Positions 50,535 to 60,106 of a DNA stretch of 64,000 bases are shown in pieces. The stretch is from Thermoanaerobaculia bacterium (GTDB lineage: Bacteria > Acidobacteriota > Thermoanaerobaculia > Multivoradales > Multivoraceae): NCBI GenBank assembly GCA_963664405.1, contig OY761158.1, positions 6,176,001 to 6,240,000 on the forward strand. Reading direction: 5' to 3'. The notes beneath the pieces were generated by a model. The model saw only the letters and a program-made list of their open reading frames with translations. It ran no database searches and was not told the DNA's origin. A program made the translations under genes and the position numbers. Each line of letters opens with the position of its first letter. The stretch's first letter is position 1.

Positions 50535-51584
50535 TTGAAAGTTGCTCTACAAGCCAGTCCCTACAACCGGGTTGATCTGTTTGAAGCCGCCGGTTTCGAA
50601 GTCGTCGAGGCTCTTTGTCGAAATGAAGACGCCCTGATCGAGCTGCTCCGAGATGCCGATGGAGCGCAGGTGGGAACGCTGCCGCTCACCTCGCGCACCG
50701 TGCTCGAACAGTGTCCGAAGCTCAAAGTCGTCAGCCGGATGGGAGTGGGGGTGGATTCGATCGATCTCGACGCCGCCACCGAGCTCGGCATTCTCGCCTG
50801 CAATGTGCCTGGTGCCAACACCGCGGAAGTCGCCGACCACGCGATGGCGATGATGCTGGCGTTGACCCGCCGTCTCTACGACGCCGTACGCACCACTCGC
50901 GAGGGTGCCTGGAGCCAGGATCGCAGTCTCACCCTTCGCTATTTCGAGACCGTGCGGCGCATCGCCGCCCATACGGTCGGCATCATCGGCTTCGGCAATA
51001 TCGGCCGCGCCTTCGCCACCCGCATCCGCGGCTTCGGACCGTCTCGCATCATCGCCTGTGATCCGTATGTGAATCAGTCGACGGCCGACCTATATGGTGT
51101 AGAGCTGGTACCGCTCGAAGCGCTGCTCTCCGACGCCGACTACATCACCATCCATTGCTCCTCGACCGCCGAGACCCGTCATCTGATCAACTCCGAGACT
51201 CTCGCCTTGATGAAGCCGACGGCCCTGCTGGTCAACACCTCCCGTGGTCCTGTAGTGGACGGGGCCGCCCTAGCTCGAGCCCTCGAGGGCGGCCAGATCG
51301 AGGCCGCGGGCATCGACGTCACCGAGAGGGAGCCGATCTCTCCCGACGATCCCTTGCTGAAACTGCCCAACTGTCTGGTGACGCCGCACATCGCCGGGTT
51401 CTCCCCTGTCTTTCTAGGTGAGTGCCCGATTCGTCAGGCCGAGAATGTCATTCGAGTGCTCACCGGCGAGGCGCCTCATGGTCTGGCCAATCCCGAAGTG
51501 ATCAAGACCATCGCGGTCCTGCGCGCGACCGAGCCAGGCCGCTGGCAGGGGGTGGCGGACTTCTCAACGGCATTGGCCGTTTAG
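50535..51584 (+). CDS. D-isomer-specific 2-hydroxyacid dehydrogenase
   Basis: RMGVGVD, GIIGFGNIG, LVNTSRG, DV.E.EP, TPHIAG; TTG start with RBS GGAGG. Confidence 0.92.
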   Translation: MKVALQASPYNRVDLFEAAGFEVVEALCRNEDALIELLRDADGAQVGTLPLTSRTVLEQCPKLKVVSRMGVGVDSIDLDAATELGILACNVPGANTAEVADHAMAMMLALTRRLYDAVRTTREGAWSQDRSLTLRYFETVRRIAAHTVGIIGFGNIGRAFATRIRGFGPSRIIACDPYVNQSTADLYGVELVPLEALLSDADYITIHCSSTAETRHLINSETLALMKPTALLVNTSRGPVVDGAALARALEGGQIEAAGIDVTEREPISPDDPLLKLPNCLVTPHIAGFSPVFLGECPIRQAENVIRVLTGEAPHGLANPEVIKTIAVLRATEPGRWQGVADFSTALAV

Positions 51585-51667
51585 GCGATCCTTTTCCTCT
51601 TCTAAGCACTGGCCTCGGGGCTGTCTCCTCAGTTATGATGCCCCGCCATGGAAGGAAGAACCATCTC

Positions 51668-52543
51668 GTGAACTACGTCGCCCCAACCTCTGTCGAGGAA
51701 GCCGTCGAGCTTCTTTCGTCTGCCGCTGATTCCCGTGTTCTTGCGGGTGCAACCGACTGGATTCCTCAGCTGCGAGCGGGCCGGCCGGAGCCCGAGCTTC
51801 TGGTAGATCTCAAGCGCATCCCACGCTTGCTCGAGATCGGCCGAGACGGCGATGGCACCTGGACGATCGGTGCGGCGGCGCCCGCCGCCGCGGTCGTCGC
51901 CAATGAAGGCCTCCGAGCCGCTTTTCCAGGGCTAACGGAGGCGAGCTCTCTGATCGGCTCGGATCAGATCCAGAATCGAGCCAGTCTCGGCGGCAACCTC
52001 TGCAACGCCTCTCCGGCGGCCGACACCGTGCCGTCGATGATCGTCAACGAGGGCCGCGCCGTCTTCACTTCGAGCGGCGGCACGAGGGTGGTACCGGTTG
52101 CGGAAGTTGTGACCGGTCCTGGGTCGACCTCACTTCAGCCGGGTGAGTTTCTTGTCGAGCTGCTCTTCGACAGCCCGCCGGCACGGACCGGCGACGCCTA
52201 TCTTCGATTCATTCCTCGCACCGAGATGGACATCGCGGTGGTCGGCGCCGCCGCGCGGATCTCTGTCGACGAGAACGGTGTCTGCACCGCCGCAACGATC
52301 GCGCTCGGCGCTGTCGCCCCGACGGTGGTGCGAGTCCCCGCGGCGGAAGAAGCGCTGGTCGGGAGCCCGATCAATGACGATACCCTTGCCTCCGTCGAGA
52401 GCGCCGCGAGCGAGGCCTGCAATCCGATCGACGATAAACGAGGCACCATAGCGTTCCGGCGCCAGGTTGCCGGTGTTCTCGCCAAGCGAGCCGTGCTACT
52501 GGCGGCGCAGCGTGCGCAGCAAAGGGATGGAGGACAGGCGTGA
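51668..52543 (+). CDS. Xanthine dehydrogenase/CoxM-family FAD-binding subunit
   Basis: LAGATDW, QIQNRASLGGNLCNASPAAD, PIDDKRG. Confidence 0.9.
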   Translation: MNYVAPTSVEEAVELLSSAADSRVLAGATDWIPQLRAGRPEPELLVDLKRIPRLLEIGRDGDGTWTIGAAAPAAAVVANEGLRAAFPGLTEASSLIGSDQIQNRASLGGNLCNASPAADTVPSMIVNEGRAVFTSSGGTRVVPVAEVVTGPGSTSLQPGEFLVELLFDSPPARTGDAYLRFIPRTEMDIAVVGAAARISVDENGVCTAATIALGAVAPTVVRVPAAEEALVGSPINDDTLASVESAASEACNPIDDKRGTIAFRRQVAGVLAKRAVLLAAQRAQQRDGGQA

Positions 52544-53019
52544 GTCGCATACAAGTAACCTGCACGATCAACGGCGACGAGACCGAGTTTCTTTGCGACC
52601 CGGACCAGTCTCTGCTCGACGCCTTGCGCGACGAGCTCCTGCTCACTGGAGCCAAAGAAGGCTGTGGTACCGGCGACTGTGGCGCGTGCTCGATCATCTT
52701 CGACGGCAAGCTCAACTGCTCGTGTCTTATCTTCGCGCCGGAGGCCGAAGGCCGGACCATCACCACTGTTGAAGGCCTTGCCATCGGCAGCGAGCTTCAC
52801 CCGCTGCAGCAGTGCTTCCTCGAGGGCGCGGCATTGCAATGTGGCGTTTGCACCCCGGGTTTCTTGATTGCGGCCAAAGCGTTGCTTGACGAGAACCCCG
52901 ATCCCACCGAAACCGAGGTCCGCTATGGCCTCGCCGGAAACCTCTGCCGCTGCACCGGCTACGACAAGATCGTCAGCTCGGTGCTCGAAGCGGCTTCACA
53001 GCTGAGGGAGAGCGCATGA
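52540..53019 (+). CDS. CoxS-family 2Fe-2S subunit
   Basis: GCGTGDCGAC, QCGVCTPG, GNLCRCTGY. Confidence 0.93.
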   Translation: MSRIQVTCTINGDETEFLCDPDQSLLDALRDELLLTGAKEGCGTGDCGACSIIFDGKLNCSCLIFAPEAEGRTITTVEGLAIGSELHPLQQCFLEGAALQCGVCTPGFLIAAKALLDENPDPTETEVRYGLAGNLCRCTGYDKIVSSVLEAASQLRESA

Positions 53020-55295
53020 CGATTACCGAAGACGCGGCCAAGGCCGAGAAGGCTCTGAAGTACATCGGGACCCGGCCCGTCCGCCCCGACGGTGTCGACA
53101 AGGTAACAGGTAAGGCGCGCTTCGCTGCCGATCTCAGGCTCCCGGGCATGCTCGCCGGCTTTGTGCTGCGCTCCCCCCACGCTCACGCCAGGATCGTGTC
53201 GGTCGATACCTCTGCCGCCACCGGAATGCCCGGAGTGAAGGCGGTCATAACCGCCGCTGACTTTCCAGAGCTCGATCCCGGTGACCCGAATCACCGAAAC
53301 TCGAACAACCTGATGGCCCGCGACAAGGTGCTCTACGAAGGGCATGTGGTGGCGGCGGTGGCTGCTTCCACCGGCCGCGAAGCCAAGGCCGCGGCCGAAG
53401 CGATCGCGATCGAGTACGAAGTACTGCCCCATGTGCTCACAGTCGACGAGGCGATGGCCGAGGGTGCGCCTGTTCTACATGCCGATCTCATCACCCAGAA
53501 CGTCGAGCCTGAGGCGACCGAAGCCTCGAACGTGAGCAAGCGCACCTTGCTCGAGCGCGGCGACCTCGAGGCCGGCTTCGCCGAAGCCGACGTGGTGATC
53601 GAGCGTGATTTCTACACCAAGCCGGTCCATCAGGGCTACATCGAGCCCCACGCGGTGGTCGCCGATTCCAGCCCCGATGAAAAGTCGGTGGTCTGGTGCT
53701 CTTCGCAGGGTCATTTTCGCGTCCGCTCGCAGACAGCCGGCATGCTGGGCTGGGAGCCGTCGCAGATCAAAGTCCTACCCGCCGAGATCGGTGGGGGATT
53801 CGGGGGAAAGACCACGATCTATCTCGAGCCGCTGGCGGTGAAGCTGTCGCACATGGCGAATCGGCCGGTCAAGCTGGTGATGGGCCGCGACGAGGTCTTT
53901 CGTGCTACCGGTCCGACCCCTGGCACCCACATCCGCGTCAAGCTCGGAGCCCGCAAAGACGGCACGCTGGTAGCCGGCAAGGCATGGCTTGCCTATGAGA
54001 ACGGTGCCTTCCCTGGGCCCTGGGGCATGCTCGGTTCCTGGACCATCTTCGCTCCCTACAAGATCCCCAACTTCCTCATCGAGGGATACGACGTTTGTGT
54101 CAACAAGCCGGTGAATATTGCCTATAGAGCGCCCTCGGCGCCGATGGCGGCCTTCGCCACCGAGACGATTCTCGACGAGATCGCGGTCGAGCTCGGTATC
54201 GATCCGCTCGATCTGAGGCTGCAGAACGCGGCCGAAGAAGGGGATCTCACCGTCCAGGGACCGCCGTACCCACGCATCGGGTGTAAGGAGACCCTCGAAG
54301 CGATCCGCAATCATCCTCACTACTCGGCGCCTCTTGGCCCCAACCAGGGGCGTGGTGTGGCAACGGGTTATTGGTTCAACATCGGTGAGGCTTCGAGTGC
54401 CACGGTACACATCACCGAGAACGGCGACGCCATCGTCAACACAGGTAGTCCCGATATCGGAGGCTCTCGCGCGTCGATGGCGCTCTTTGCCGCCGAGGAG
54501 CTCGGCATCCACCCAGATCGCATTCAGTCGGGGGTCGCAGACACCGAATCTGTCGGCTTTACCGACACCAGTGAGGGCAGCCGCACCACCTACGCGACCG
54601 GCTGGGCGGTGGTCGAGGCCTGTCGTGGGCTGGTCACCGAGCTGCGAGGCAGAGCGGCGAAGATGTGGGGAGTCGAGGCCGATGAGGTCGAATGGGCCGA
54701 TGGCGAGGCGCGACATACCAAGGGCGATCATGAGCCACTTCCGCTCGCCCAGATCGCGGCCGAAGCGAAGCAGACGGGCGGTCCGCTGAGCTCCAGCGCA
54801 TCGCTCAACGCTCAGGGAGCTGGTCCGGCTTTTTGCACTCAAGTCTGCGATCTGGAGGTCGATCCCGAGACCGGGCTGGTCACCATTCTTCGCTTCACCA
54901 CTGCCCAGGACGCGGGTCGTGCCATTCACCCCAGCTATGTCGAGGGGCAGATGCAGGGCGGTGTGGCCCAGGGGATCGGTTGGGCGCTCAACGAGGAGTA
55001 CATTCACGACTCGAAGGGTGTGATGGAGAATGCGAGCTTTCTCGACTATCGGATGCCGGTGGCGTCCGACCTGCCGATGATCGACACCGTCATCGTCGAG
55101 GTGCCGAACCCGATTCACCCCTACGGTGTTCGTGGTGTCGGCGAGGTCGGCATCGTGCCTCCCATCCCCGCAATCGCCAATGCCATCCACCAGGCCGTCG
55201 GTTGCCGTCTCAACGAGCTGCCGATGTCACCTCCCCGCGTACTCGCCGCGATCACCAACGGAAACGGTAACGGCAGCGGCAACGGCAGCGGCTAG
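53016..55295 (+). CDS. Xanthine dehydrogenase family molybdopterin-binding subunit (CoxL-like)
   Basis: KVTGKA.F..D, IGGGFGGK, AYRAP, EGQ.QGG..QGIG.AL.E, RGVGE. Confidence 0.92.
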   Translation: MTITEDAAKAEKALKYIGTRPVRPDGVDKVTGKARFAADLRLPGMLAGFVLRSPHAHARIVSVDTSAATGMPGVKAVITAADFPELDPGDPNHRNSNNLMARDKVLYEGHVVAAVAASTGREAKAAAEAIAIEYEVLPHVLTVDEAMAEGAPVLHADLITQNVEPEATEASNVSKRTLLERGDLEAGFAEADVVIERDFYTKPVHQGYIEPHAVVADSSPDEKSVVWCSSQGHFRVRSQTAGMLGWEPSQIKVLPAEIGGGFGGKTTIYLEPLAVKLSHMANRPVKLVMGRDEVFRATGPTPGTHIRVKLGARKDGTLVAGKAWLAYENGAFPGPWGMLGSWTIFAPYKIPNFLIEGYDVCVNKPVNIAYRAPSAPMAAFATETILDEIAVELGIDPLDLRLQNAAEEGDLTVQGPPYPRIGCKETLEAIRNHPHYSAPLGPNQGRGVATGYWFNIGEASSATVHITENGDAIVNTGSPDIGGSRASMALFAAEELGIHPDRIQSGVADTESVGFTDTSEGSRTTYATGWAVVEACRGLVTELRGRAAKMWGVEADEVEWADGEARHTKGDHEPLPLAQIAAEAKQTGGPLSSSASLNAQGAGPAFCTQVCDLEVDPETGLVTILRFTTAQDAGRAIHPSYVEGQMQGGVAQGIGWALNEEYIHDSKGVMENASFLDYRMPVASDLPMIDTVIVEVPNPIHPYGVRGVGEVGIVPPIPAIANAIHQAVGCRLNELPMSPPRVLAAITNGNGNGSGNGSG

Positions 55296-55538
55296 ATGGC
55301 GCACGTCTTCCTCGGCACCGAACATCGCCGTTTTACCGACGGCGTGGCTGAGGTCGATGTGGAAGCCGCCACGGTGAAAGAGCTGATCGCGAAGCTCGAG
55401 GTCCGGTTCCCAGGGATTGGCAGAGAGCTCGAGGGCAACGCTGTCGCCATCAATGGCGAGGTCATCGCCTACGCTACCTACGAGCGGGTGCCGGAAGGGG
55501 CGGAGATCTACTTCGTTCCAGCCGCCAGCGGCGGCTGA
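55296..55538 (+). CDS. MoaD/ThiS family sulfur-carrier protein
   Basis: Beta-grasp size, C-terminal PAASGG. Confidence 0.85.
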   Translation: MAHVFLGTEHRRFTDGVAEVDVEAATVKELIAKLEVRFPGIGRELEGNAVAINGEVIAYATYERVPEGAEIYFVPAASGG

Positions 55539-55557
55539 GCAGGTTCTGCCGAGGGGC

Positions 55558-55827
55558 CTAAGCGACCTTTCTGGCCTTCGTGGCTCTGTCCAGATCCCAG
55601 GTGGCCTGCAGGTTCATCCACAGCTTCGGAGATGTGCCTAGCGCGTCGGCAAGATCCAACGCCGCGTCCGCCGTTATGCCTCGCTTCCCCTTGATCAGCT
55701 CGTTCAGCCGGGCTCTGGTCCAGCCGACCTCCCCGGCGAATGCCGTCTGAGTGACACCTTGCGGCACGAGAAACTCCTCGAGCAAGATCTCCCCTGGGTG
55801 AAACGGGTTCTTTGGTTGTCTTGCCAT
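55558..55827 (-). CDS. higA: HigA antitoxin
   Basis: PFHPGEILLEEFL, LNELIKGKRGITAD, LWMNLQ. Confidence 0.92.
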   Translation of the reverse strand: MARQPKNPFHPGEILLEEFLVPQGVTQTAFAGEVGWTRARLNELIKGKRGITADAALDLADALGTSPKLWMNLQATWDLDRATKARKVA

Positions 55828-55841
55828 CGCTTGCACTCCAG

Positions 55842-56135
55842 TCAGTGATAGTCGACCACTTGAGCATTGAAAGCATTGCCGCCGCTCCAACGAAAGACCA
55901 CTCTCCATTGATCGTTGATGCGGATGGAGTAGAAGTCCTTCCAACGCCCCTTGAGCCGCTCGAGCCGATTACCTGGTGGTGGCATTGCTAGGTCTCTCAG
56001 CTCAGCTGCGTCATGCAGGTAGAGGAGCTTTCGACGAGCGACCCTGCGCAGCTCAGGAGGAAACGACCTCGTGGCCTTTGTTCGCCGGTCATCAAAGAGG
56101 TCTTCGGCCAGAGCGTTCCCGAAGGTCTCGATCAC
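55842..56135 (-). CDS. higB: HigB toxin
   Basis: GTG start; PPGNRLERLKG...YSIRINDQWRVVFRW...VDYH. Confidence 0.92.
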   Translation of the reverse strand: MIETFGNALAEDLFDDRRTKATRSFPPELRRVARRKLLYLHDAAELRDLAMPPPGNRLERLKGRWKDFYSIRINDQWRVVFRWSGGNAFNAQVVDYH

Positions 56136-56144
56136 TTTTTCTAG

Positions 56145-56163
56145 GTTATCGAAACTCGATAAC
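56145..56163. promoter_or_regulatory. Palindromic operator of the second higBA
   Basis: GTTATCGA-AAC-TCGATAAC just upstream of the higB start. Confidence 0.7.
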
Positions 56164-56188
56164 AATTTCAAATAAGCAGGCTTGGCGA

Positions 56189-56569
56189 GTCAGTGAAGAG
56201 ATTCTTGGGGCCAGCGGCCGTACGCCAACTAAGACCGAGGGCGCGGCCCGGGTCCAAAACTCCGCGGCGACCGGCACTACGAGCGGCAAAGCGAAGGTGG
56301 ACCAGCCCGGTGAGAAGAAGGCGCCTCGCTGCAGACGCTGTGGGTCTTCAGATCACGAGGGCAACGACTGTTCGGTGTGGCCGCCGGGTATCGGAGAGGC
56401 GCTCTCGGTCAACGCCGGCCAGGGCGGAGGGCTTCACAACCTCACCGCCAAGCGGCTCGAGCCTTCTCCCGAGGTCGCCGACTTGCCGAAGACCGATTGG
56501 GGAGTGCCGATCCTCTCCAAGATGACGCCCAGCCGGAAGGCCGAGTTTCTGAAACTCTTGGGCTTCTAG
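56189..56569 (+). other. Orphan reading frame with a CCHC zinc knuckle, no clear start codon
   Basis: CRRCGSSDHEGNDC (CX2CX4HX4C) at 56330-56371. Confidence 0.45.
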
Positions 56570-56676
56570 AATCCGTCCAAGGAGAGATCGACCGATCTCG
56601 CCATTTCGGAGCGCCTTGGCGCTACGATGGCGACGACCGACTGGGACCCTACCCGAGCGAGGAGATGGAGAGGACT

Positions 56677-57456
56677 ATGTCTGAGCCAGTACTGCTAGTC
56701 GACAAGACGGATGGGATTGCCACCCTGACCTTGAATCGCCCGGACAAGCTGAACGCGCTTTCGGTGGAGTTGCGCGAAGCCTTGGCCGAGGAGATCGTGA
56801 GCGTGCGGGATGACCGCGATATCGGCGTCGTGATCCTCACCGGCGCGGGCCGCGCCTTCTGTGCCGGCTTGGATCTCAAGGAGATGGGTGACCCTGATGG
56901 CCCCAGAACGCGCGTGCCGGATCCCCCATTACTCTTGCGCTCGCTTCGCCAGCCGGTGATCGGCGCTATCAACGGCCTGGCTGTCACCGGGGGGCTCGAG
57001 ATCTCGCTCTCGTGCGACCTTTTGATTGTCACGCCGGAGACCCGTTTCGCGGATACCCACGCCCGCGTTGGCATTCTCGCCGGCTGGGGATTGTCGCAGC
57101 GTCTCGCCCGCGCCGTCGGACTGAATCGAGCCAAAGAGCTTTCCCTCACCGGAAACTACCTCAGCGCCGAACGAGCCTACGATTGGGGCTTGGTCAATCG
57201 CATCGTGCTCAGGGACGAGCTCTTGCCGACCTGCCGCTCACTGGCAAAGGACATGCTCTCCTGTGTGCCTGAAGCGATGTTTCAGTACAAGCGGATGATC
57301 GATCGCGGCTTCGACCTCGCTCTGGGCGACGCCATGACCTATGAGCTCGAGATGTCCCATATGTATCGGGGACCGCGTCCCGAGACTGTCGCGGAGCGAC
57401 TCTCGGGAGTGCAGGCGCGAGGGCGCGAACAGGCCTACGGATCGGATCAAGACTGA
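56677..57456 (+). CDS. Enoyl-CoA hydratase family
   Basis: LNRPDKLNALS, GRAFCAGLDL, GLAVTGGLE, FADTHARVG. Confidence 0.92.
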   Translation: MSEPVLLVDKTDGIATLTLNRPDKLNALSVELREALAEEIVSVRDDRDIGVVILTGAGRAFCAGLDLKEMGDPDGPRTRVPDPPLLLRSLRQPVIGAINGLAVTGGLEISLSCDLLIVTPETRFADTHARVGILAGWGLSQRLARAVGLNRAKELSLTGNYLSAERAYDWGLVNRIVLRDELLPTCRSLAKDMLSCVPEAMFQYKRMIDRGFDLALGDAMTYELEMSHMYRGPRPETVAERLSGVQARGREQAYGSDQD

Positions 57457-57482
57457 GCCTTGCTCGGAGCGAGGCAGTAAGC

Positions 57483-58610
57483 ATGATTGGCGGCGTCGTT
57501 GGTAGTCCCGAACAATCGGGTGTGGATCCCGAGGGGTTGGAGGCGGCAATCGGGCTACTCGAGAATCAAAGAGAGGCGGGTCTGCACGATGGAGCGCAAC
57601 TCTTTGTAGCTCGCAACGGCAAGGCCGTACTCGATGTGGCTGTCGGTGAGGCCCAGCCGGGTGTGCCGCTCACAACCGACTCTGTGATGCTGTGGTTCTC
57701 GGCCTCCAAGCCCTTGACCGCTGTCGCTATCGCCAAGCTCGTGGAGCGAGGGAAACTGGCTCTGGAGGACCGCGTACAGAGCATCATTCCGGAGTTCGCC
57801 AACGGTAAAGAATCGGTGACCGTCCAGCACATCTTGACCCATACCGGCGGCTTCCCGATGCAGCGGTACCCCTTTTTGCGCTACGGCTGGGACCGCGTCA
57901 TTCACGACATTTGCGAGGAGCCGGCCGAGTACGAGCCGGGAAGTGCCGCCGGCTATCACCCGCTTTCGGGCTGGTGCGTCCTGGGTGAGATCGTTCGCCG
58001 CGTCGACGGTCGCCCGATCGAGGTCTATCTCGACGAAGAGATCTTCACCCCGTTGGGAATGGCGGACACCAGCCTTGGCGTCAGCCCGGCGCGTGCCGCG
58101 GAGCTGGGTCCTCGCTTGTCCCGTATCGCCGAGAAAATCGAGCCGGTCACCGGTGCGGAGGCCTGGAACGATCCGCGAGCCCTTCCTCGTACTCTGCCTG
58201 GAGGGAGCGGCTACGGCTCCGCCCACGACCTGGGCAAGTTCTATATGACTCTGGGGAACGGAGGCGAGCTCGAAGGCTCTCGCATTTTGAAAGAACAAAC
58301 GGTGGAGCTCTTCACCTCCGTTCATCGCTGCGGCATGGTGGACCACACCCTCAGCAGAGGAGGTTGGGAAGTCTCACCCACCTGGGGCTTGGGGTTCTCG
58401 AAAGGTGTCGACGCCAAGGTCGCCACCAGTTTCGGCCGCCTCAGCACCGCCGCGGCCTATGGGCACGGTGGAATGCGGAGCTCTGTCGGCTTTTTCGAGC
58501 CCAGTCGAGATCTGGCGGTGGTCATCGTCACCAATGGGCTCCCCTCCGAGATCGAGAACGCACGTCGTTTGTGCGAGATCTCGGACGCCGTTCACAGTGC
58601 CTGTACCTGA
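57483..58610 (+). CDS. Serine hydrolase (beta-lactamase/esterase family)
   Basis: SxxK (FSASK), LTHTGG, YH, YGHGG. Confidence 0.9.
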   Translation: MIGGVVGSPEQSGVDPEGLEAAIGLLENQREAGLHDGAQLFVARNGKAVLDVAVGEAQPGVPLTTDSVMLWFSASKPLTAVAIAKLVERGKLALEDRVQSIIPEFANGKESVTVQHILTHTGGFPMQRYPFLRYGWDRVIHDICEEPAEYEPGSAAGYHPLSGWCVLGEIVRRVDGRPIEVYLDEEIFTPLGMADTSLGVSPARAAELGPRLSRIAEKIEPVTGAEAWNDPRALPRTLPGGSGYGSAHDLGKFYMTLGNGGELEGSRILKEQTVELFTSVHRCGMVDHTLSRGGWEVSPTWGLGFSKGVDAKVATSFGRLSTAAAYGHGGMRSSVGFFEPSRDLAVVIVTNGLPSEIENARRLCEISDAVHSACT

Positions 58611-58649
58611 ACTCAGCGCACTGAGGCGTAGCGGTCCGCCTCACACTTG

Positions 58650-59063
58650 TCAGCGCGAGGCCGGCAGCACGTTGTCGACGAAGACACGCGGCTGTATAGC
58701 CGTGACTCCCTCGTAAGGAGAGACGTCAAGGAGGTCTCGGTCGCCACTCACGATGTACTCAACTGCTGCGGCCACAGCGCATGCGAGGAACTTGTCGGCG
58801 TCGGGATCGCGAGAGACCGGGCGAGGTAGAGATCGCGAAGCAAAAAGGATCGCCGAGGCGGCGACAAGATCCATTGCAGGGGCCAGGTCCACTCCTGGAA
58901 ACTGAGCCGAGAGCTCTTCGCTTACGCGGACATATTCCTCGATGATCTGGTGAGAGATGACGACTTCCACTCTCCTGTCGCGCCAGGCTTCGAGGATCTG
59001 ATCTGGCGGTCCGCCGAAGAACACGCCGGATATGAAGACATTTGTGTCGAGAACGATCTTCAC
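58650..59063 (-). CDS. PIN-domain toxin (VapC-like)
   Basis: IVLDTNVFIS, RDPDADKFL.CA, IVSGD.DLL. Confidence 0.9.
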   Translation of the reverse strand: MKIVLDTNVFISGVFFGGPPDQILEAWRDRRVEVVISHQIIEEYVRVSEELSAQFPGVDLAPAMDLVAASAILFASRSLPRPVSRDPDADKFLACAVAAAVEYIVSGDRDLLDVSPYEGVTAIQPRVFVDNVLPASR

Positions 59064-59320
59064 CGCGATCGCACGGACTCGATGGCCGCAGCGACGTCGG
59101 AGCGCTTCAGTCCGGCGCGGCGCGCAGCCTCTCTAGCACGGGCGATAACCTCATCGAATTGGCGCATCGAGGGGAAGGTGATCGGCTTCAGAACGACCGT
59201 ATCTCCTTCCCCGAGAACAATGAGCTCTACGCCAGGCTCGAGGCCTAGCCTCTTTCGGATCGCTTCCGGGATCACGACCTGCCCCTTCGAGGACATTCTG
59301 GTTGTAGCCACTTCGCTCAT
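59060..59320 (-). CDS. AbrB/MazE family antitoxin
   Basis: MSSKGQVVIPEAIRKRLGL.PG. Confidence 0.9.
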   Translation of the reverse strand: MSEVATTRMSSKGQVVIPEAIRKRLGLEPGVELIVLGEGDTVVLKPITFPSMRQFDEVIARAREAARRAGLKRSDVAAAIESVRSR

Positions 59321-59425
59321 GGTTGGATCTTACCAGTAAGACTCGGGCGGTGCGCCACCCGATCTCGATGGACGTCGCTGGCAGCGAGTGCTATTGGCAA
59401 GAGCGATCTCATGTTTCACGCTCCT

Positions 59426-60043
59426 CTATGAGTCCGATCTCTCGAGGAGTCCAGCGACCAGGTAGTCGGCGAACTGGGTGCCGATGTAGTCGGCGCTTCG
59501 ACGCCCGCCGGGCTGAAACCACCTCACTGTCCAGTTGACCGCGCCCAAGAGAGCCAACGACGCCAGTTTTGGATCAACCGACGACAGGGTGCCGTCCTTC
59601 ACTCCCTGGCGAATGATACGCCGCCAGATCTTCTCGTAGGCATCGCGTTGGCTCAGCATCTCGGCGCGGCGCTCGGGCGCTACCCCCTCGATCTCGAGAT
59701 GGGCGAGAGAGCCCGGGATGGTTTTGTTGAGCACGACGACGTGGCCTTTCACCATCCGTCGAAGCTTTTCGTCGCTTGGGATCTCGAGCGACGCAACCTC
59801 GTTGGCCAGTTTCAGGAGCTCGCGCAAGGTTTCCTCCTGGCAGTAGGCGATCAGATCTCCTTTGTTTTCGAAGTAGTAGTAGAGGTTGCTGGCGTGCATG
59901 CCGAGCTCTGCAGCGATCTGGCGCATGCCGGCCGCGTGGACGCCGTGGCGACGGAAGACAACGAAGGCGGCCTCGAGGATCCGGCGTTTCTGTGCACCGG
60001 CGCGAGGTGTGGTTGCGCGTGGGGAGGAAGGTGTTTGAACCAC
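59426..60043 (-). CDS. TetR family regulator (KstR2-like)
   Basis: RILEAAF..F...G......IAAELG....LYYYF.NK; LGAVNW..RWF.P.G. Confidence 0.9.
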   Translation of the reverse strand: MVQTPSSPRATTPRAGAQKRRILEAAFVVFRRHGVHAAGMRQIAAELGMHASNLYYYFENKGDLIAYCQEETLRELLKLANEVASLEIPSDEKLRRMVKGHVVVLNKTIPGSLAHLEIEGVAPERRAEMLSQRDAYEKIWRRIIRQGVKDGTLSSVDPKLASLALLGAVNWTVRWFQPGGRRSADYIGTQFADYLVAGLLERSDS

Positions 60044-60106
60044 TGTTCAAAGCTTGCCTGAGGGCTCAGGCAGGTGTCAACTCGTCTCGAGGTGGGATGC
60101 TGACGA

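Noticed and set aside
55255-55292. Short (AACGGC/AGCGGC)n repeat
   Set aside because: It encodes a low-complexity NGNGNGSGNGSG protein tail; no evidence of another role.
53016-55295. Form I aerobic CO dehydrogenase
   Set aside because: The active-site loop is AYRAPS rather than AYRCSFR, and no coxDEFG genes are adjacent.
57483-58610. True beta-lactamase resistance gene
   Set aside because: No signal peptide, and the context is catabolic; it fits the esterase-like serine hydrolases.
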